A stretch of DNA of 64,000 bases from a virus. Position numbers and translations under genes: made by a program. Below, piece by piece: positions 60,428 through 64,000 of this stretch. Each line of letters opens with the position of its first letter. Position 1 is the stretch's first letter. The notes below the pieces were generated by a model. It worked only from the letters and a program-made list of their open reading frames with translations. It searched no databases and was not told the DNA's origin. The stretch lies in the IMG/VR virus record IMGVR_UViG_3300035193_000030, positions 8,077 through 72,076 of that record; one strand, written 5' to 3'.

Positions 60428-60589
60428 TTACTCCTTTTTTGTTTCTACATTTAAAATTTCTATTTTATACCTTGCATACTGCTCCATTAATGTGCATCCT
60501 ATATTAAGTAAGTTCTTCGATCGTAATTTAGCTCTAATTCCAAATTTATCACTTGGACTAACATTAATCAAATATTCTTTAGCATTCAT
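60428..60589 (-). CDS. 53-aa cassette cargo (not in the ORF track)
   Basis: MNAKEYL...LMEQYA...; stop within gtccGTTA. Confidence 0.5.
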   Translation of the reverse strand: MNAKEYLINVSPSDKFGIRAKLRSKNLLNIGCTLMEQYARYKIEILNVETKKE

Positions 60590-60607
60590 ATCTTTTAATT
60601 TGATAAG

Positions 60608-61216
60608 TTATTCCCATTTAATATTTTTCTCCCAATCATAAGCTTTTGCCATTGCTTCTATGTCTTGCCTCATTTCTTTCTCTCCCAATTCAGTTAGCTT
60701 TGCATGCCATCTTTTTATCATTTCAGCATCTATATAATCAGTCGGCAACATTTCGCTAACATGCGGTAATAATTCATGTGCTTGTGGTAATCTCGAAGGT
60801 TCCACCAAGGCACTTTTAGCATAATAATAAGCCTTTACTACTTCTCTATCAAACGCAGTTTCTTTAGTGCTACAGTTATTAATTCTATGACTGAGTCGTA
60901 AAGCGTTTTCTATTGTTTTAAACTTCCATTTTGGTATTGTTATCATTTCTTCTGCCATTGAACAATATTTTTTTATCACATCTTGAACCACCTGTTCAAT
61001 ACCTTCTATTTCTAATAATTTAATTTGGCCTCCACCAACAAATTCAGCATTATACATTTCAGCATGTCCATCATCATATCCTCTTTGATAGACTTCTTTG
61101 ATTAAATTAACCAAAATACTGTTCATAATATCAGATATATGTAATTTTTTATCTGTGTTATTAAGTTCTTTATTCTTATTATTTTTATTCATATATTTTG
61201 AATTTTTGTGTTTCAA
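60608..61216 (-). CDS. Mosaic hypothetical protein reading through degenerate attC remnants
   Basis: KLHISDIMNS and LLPHVSEMLP are translations of AAC-junction sequences (TTCGCTAAC at 60752-60760). Confidence 0.55.
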   Translation of the reverse strand: MKHKNSKYMNKNNKNKELNNTDKKLHISDIMNSILVNLIKEVYQRGYDDGHAEMYNAEFVGGGQIKLLEIEGIEQVVQDVIKKYCSMAEEMITIPKWKFKTIENALRLSHRINNCSTKETAFDREVVKAYYYAKSALVEPSRLPQAHELLPHVSEMLPTDYIDAEMIKRWHAKLTELGEKEMRQDIEAMAKAYDWEKNIKWE

Positions 61217-61262
61217 TTTAATTTAGTGATAGGTACTTGCCATACTTACTACCATTTAGCGG

Positions 61263-61589
61263 TCATTGTCTATCATACAGTAATTTAACTTTAATACTAA
61301 TCATAAGTTCATCAATAGCTTTATCCTCTGTTTCTGCTTCAACCACCATTCCGGGTATATCTTTCAAATAAGCTAACCAAACATTATCATGCCTTTCGGT
61401 AACCAATTCAGGCAACGAACCTCTAACATCAAATATAGCACAGTTGGCGTTAGCGGTTTGCCTCCTTTTTCTACATTTATCACAAATTCTAATAGGTGTC
61501 ATTATATCTGATATTTTTACATAATAAAATGATGTTATTGTATAAACTTCGCAATCATAACAATTACTAAAAAAATTACATTTTCCCAT
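61263..61589 (-). CDS. Cassette cargo with C-terminal HicB-like domain
   Basis: WLAYLKDIPGMVVEAETEDKAIDEL; crosses the CTCTAAC junction at 61421-61427; start taken at MGKCNF. Confidence 0.55.
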   Translation of the reverse strand: MGKCNFFSNCYDCEVYTITSFYYVKISDIMTPIRICDKCRKRRQTANANCAIFDVRGSLPELVTERHDNVWLAYLKDIPGMVVEAETEDKAIDELMISIKVKLLYDRQ

Positions 61590-61602
61590 ATTCTCTGGCT
61601 CG

Positions 61603-61899
61603 TTAGCAATCAGTTTGCCTATCAAATCTTTTTGCGCAAAATGGGCAACAACTATATGCTTTATTATTTTCATAAATCTTACAAGCAGGGCAAACCGCCA
61701 CCCCATCGCTCAACTCCTCTATAGGTAATTTGCCGTTCTCTGAATTAGCCTCATTCGCTTGCTTTAGTATTTTTAAACATATTTTAAGATCTAAAACACG
61801 TTTACTATATTCCGTTCTCAATACGTCATCCTTTGTGCTTTTATAGTTATCTTTAAGGATATCTATTTCTGCTTCCAATAATTCAATTGTATATTTCAA
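61603..61899 (-). CDS. Cassette cargo with Zn-ribbon; starts in the attC loop
   Basis: CPAC...CPFC; stop within GTTAGC at 61602. Confidence 0.6.
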   Translation of the reverse strand: MKYTIELLEAEIDILKDNYKSTKDDVLRTEYSKRVLDLKICLKILKQANEANSENGKLPIEELSDGVAVCPACKIYENNKAYSCCPFCAKRFDRQTDC

Positions 61900-61997
61900 T
61901 GTTGCTCACTATTTAGTTATTATTAAATTCTGTTTTTCAATTCTAATCCGGTACAGTGCGTTGGGTAAAACATACCCATACCACCAACTCGTTATCG
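61708..61997 (+). repeat. Distal attC-like site, same family as site 2
   Basis: Shares ATAGGTAATTTGCCGT and AAACATACCCAT arms with 55221-55348; ends GTTATCG at 61991. Confidence 0.7.
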
Positions 61998-62049
61998 CTA
62001 ATTGCCGCACAGGTTAAAATGGCTTATATATTTTTTAATTGTCTTTTTT

Positions 62050-62856
62050 TCAAGTAGATTGTTTCACATAATCAGGAATATTATTATAAATTTCTTGTTC
62101 GTTATTAATATCATCTTTAAACATATGCAATTTCATTTCTTTGGGATCATCCAGCCAACGATATTGATTTAACCATGTGGAAGCAAGTGGAATAAACTTT
62201 GAGACAGACCAACGTTCTGTTTTCTTTTGTAATATAATTGCTTTAACCACCTGCCTCCAAGTAGGACAATATTTCTTTTTTGATGGAGAATTACATAAAT
62301 TAATCCAAGCTTTTAAAGCACTCCCTTCTTTATCTTTTCGTGGGTATAATTTCCAAAAGTTTTTAAAGTCATTTTCGACAATATTGTATTTTAATACTTT
62401 GTTATTATTTACTTTGTTATTATTTATATTATATGCCCTACCAAAATCCGTAGGACTAGACCTACCAAAATCCGTAGGACTAGACCTACCAAAATCCGTA
62501 GGTCTAGTGTTTATGCGGGTTAGCAAATGTTCAACATGGATAAAATAATGCTCTTTTGCTGGTGTACCAACCATTTTAGTGGAAATTATATTTTCATTGA
62601 TTAATTGTTTTTTGCACTTACGTAATTTGTGTAAAGATAGCCCAATTTGTTTTGTTTGGTTCTTATGGAGAATATAAAACCAACCTTCTTTTAATCGGTT
62701 GTGTTCTTTAAAATAAAAATATTTGTCTATTAAATTTGATAAAAAAAGGGCAGCTTCCACTCCAAAATAATTAATTAATGTTTTATTGACAATCAGATAG
62801 TTTGTTGTATTAAGTGATTGTAATAATAAATCTTCTTTAATAATATAGTTTTTCAT
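62050..62856 (-). CDS. Replication initiator (lambda O/DnaD-like organisation)
   Basis: N-terminal wHTH, iteron-coded linker, FKNFWKLYPRK...A..AW and PLASTWLNQ.RW.D. Confidence 0.8.
   Translation of the reverse strand: MKNYIIKEDLLLQSLNTTNYLIVNKTLINYFGVEAALFLSNLIDKYFYFKEHNRLKEGWFYILHKNQTKQIGLSLHKLRKCKKQLINENIISTKMVGTPAKEHYFIHVEHLLTRINTRPTDFGRSSPTDFGRSSPTDFGRAYNINNNKVNNNKVLKYNIVENDFKNFWKLYPRKDKEGSALKAWINLCNSPSKKKYCPTWRQVVKAIILQKKTERWSVSKFIPLASTWLNQYRWLDDPKEMKLHMFKDDINNEQEIYNNIPDYVKQST
62437..62508. repeat. Three 24-bp iterons (putative origin)
   Basis: cctaccaaaatccgtagg-actaga twice, plus a third copy ending tctagt; each quasi-palindromic, beside an AT-rich tract. Confidence 0.75.
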
Positions 62857-62865
62857 AGAATTTAA

Positions 62866-63129
62866 TTACCAATCCCATTCAGATTCTTGCACTTTAAATC
62901 CATTTTCTTTTAATAATTGTATTGCTTTCGGGGCACAATTTTCACATAAATCAAGTTCGTATTTATCTCCACTTCCACCTTCTGGATATGCTGTTCCTGT
63001 TTTGTATTCTAACTCAAAATTAAAAGCGTCATACTGCTTATTTTTTATTATTATACCACATTTATCACATAACTTGTAACATTTCGTTACAACTTCTGTC
63101 ATTTGCATTTTTGTTTTTCTTATTTCCAT
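62866..63129 (-). CDS. Small Zn-finger protein
   Basis: CDKCG...DLCENC. Confidence 0.7.
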   Translation of the reverse strand: MEIRKTKMQMTEVVTKCYKLCDKCGIIIKNKQYDAFNFELEYKTGTAYPEGGSGDKYELDLCENCAPKAIQLLKENGFKVQESEWDW

Positions 63130-63272
63130 AATATCTAAGTTAATTAAAAAATAAAAACCCGAATGGGGAAGGTGCTGCTTCTATTCCATTCGGGTGAAAA
63201 TATATAAAATTTAGCAATTGGAATTAAATATTTTACGCAGCACCGCATTTTAGACATTTTTAAAAACCATTG

Positions 63273-63304
63273 TAAAAGTACAAATAAATTTAAACTTAAA
63301 CAAA
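63273..63304 (-). promoter_or_regulatory. Bacteroidota-type promoter facing the initiator and cassette array
   Basis: TTTG-N20-TACTTTTA. Confidence 0.5.
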
Positions 63305-63331
63305 TTGAATATTTAATTCATTTAAAATTAA

Positions 63332-63748
63332 TTATTTAAACACCCTTTCAAATACATCTCTTTCCAGAGGGTGAATAAAACATAATAGTTCTTCATTCGT
63401 TTTTGTTGATAAATAATTATTTGAAAGGTATTTATTATAACTCCTAGCATATTGAAAGGCTAACTTGCGGTACTTACAGTAAGGAAAATCCCATTCAAAT
63501 TCGGTTCTGAATTGAGGTGTTCTAGGAAGGTAAATAATTACTTCATTTCGTAAACGATAACATCCTTCATGTGTCCCATTCAAATGTAATGAAATGGCTA
63601 CGGCAAGGACGAAACTTCCATGTGTTTTCTGCCCCCAATCAAATTGGATATCTGCCCCATATAGTTTCTGAGCAATAGATGGAGTTAATTCAACCCCATC
63701 TAATATTATTTCTTTTGTTTTAATATTACCTACTATGACATGTTCCAT
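63332..63748 (-). CDS. DUF6166-like hypothetical protein
   Basis: LDGVELTP...FDWG....GS..LAVAI; start taken at MEHVIV. Confidence 0.55.
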   Translation of the reverse strand: MEHVIVGNIKTKEIILDGVELTPSIAQKLYGADIQFDWGQKTHGSFVLAVAISLHLNGTHEGCYRLRNEVIIYLPRTPQFRTEFEWDFPYCKYRKLAFQYARSYNKYLSNNYLSTKTNEELLCFIHPLERDVFERVFK

Positions 63749-63783
63749 AAATTTTTTATTTTTATTTTTATGCTGTGTTTTAA

Positions 63784-64000
63784 TTAAGTAGACCAAGACC
63801 AAGACCCAGACCTAGACCAAGACCTAGACCAAGACCAAGACCTAGACCAAGACCTAAACCCAGACCCAGACCAAGACCAAGACCCAGACCTAGACCCAGA
63901 CCTAGACCAAGACCAAGACCCAGACCTAGACCAAGACCTAGACCAAGACCAAGACCTAGACCAAGACCAAGACCTAGACCTAGACCCAGACTTAGTCCCT
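63784..64000 (-). CDS. 3' end of a Ser-X (SR/SW/SG) dipeptide repeat protein
   Basis: Hexamer array TCT-(A/T/G)GG in one frame, ending TCT ACT TAA. Confidence 0.65.
   Translation of the reverse strand, partial: GTKSGSRSRSWSWSRSWSWSRSWSRSGSWSWSRSGSRSGSWSWSGSGFRSWSRSWSWSRSWSRSGSWSWST

Larger units (their letters stand above)
53462..61997. mobile_element. Integron-like platform: integrase, attI-like site and cassette array
   Basis: Repeated GTT...AAC-bounded bodies separated by AAC-arm...arm-GTT hairpins, starting 43 bp upstream of the integrase. Confidence 0.8.

Noticed and set aside
54305-61997. CRISPR array or simple terminators as the explanation of the intergenic hairpins
   Set aside because: There are no identical direct repeats with regular spacers. 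The hairpins lack U-tracts, have AAC/GTT ends, and alternate with self-complementary gene-bearing bodies
3619-62548. Antisense ORFs of 60-160 aa in the ORF track that overlap long genes
   Set aside because: Shadow frames of well-supported genes, with no motifs or leaders
63790-63995. CRISPR or telomere-like repeat
   Set aside because: No spacers; variation respects a reading frame ending in a stop codon

Overview
AT-rich, roughly 64 kb segment of a tailed dsDNA phage, siphovirus-like, probably infecting a Bacteroidota host (TTTG-N20-TAnnTTTG promoters, mostly SD-less AT-rich leaders). Layout: (1) 1-2.7 kb, leftward early region with small ORFs, a type I hammerhead ribozyme and tRNA-like elements. 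(2) 3.4-34.4 kb, rightward late region: terminase, signal-peptide/membrane proteins, portal, head, a nine-gene glycosyl-/methyl-/sulfo-transferase cluster between capsid and neck genes, and tail with a -1 frameshift chaperone. (3) 34.4-64 kb, leftward replication/recombination region: split SbcC, SbcD, ECF sigma, RuvC, RecA, SSB, DnaX, split PolA with UDG, sliding clamp, DNA methyltransferase with a Cys-cluster insertion, QueD/QueE, DnaB, and an initiator with iterons. The standout is 53.46-62.0 kb, which looks like a phage-borne integron-like system. An IntI-like tyrosine recombinase lacking the IntI-specific insertion sits beside an attI-like GTT site, followed by about a dozen cassettes. 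The better-preserved cassette bodies have self-complementary GTT...AAC ends and are followed by an attC-like hairpin whose mismatches favour bottom-strand folding; distal cassettes are degenerate. All cargo ORFs are inverted relative to classical integrons, and several start inside the attC loop. All calls were made by eye from motifs; no database searches were run.
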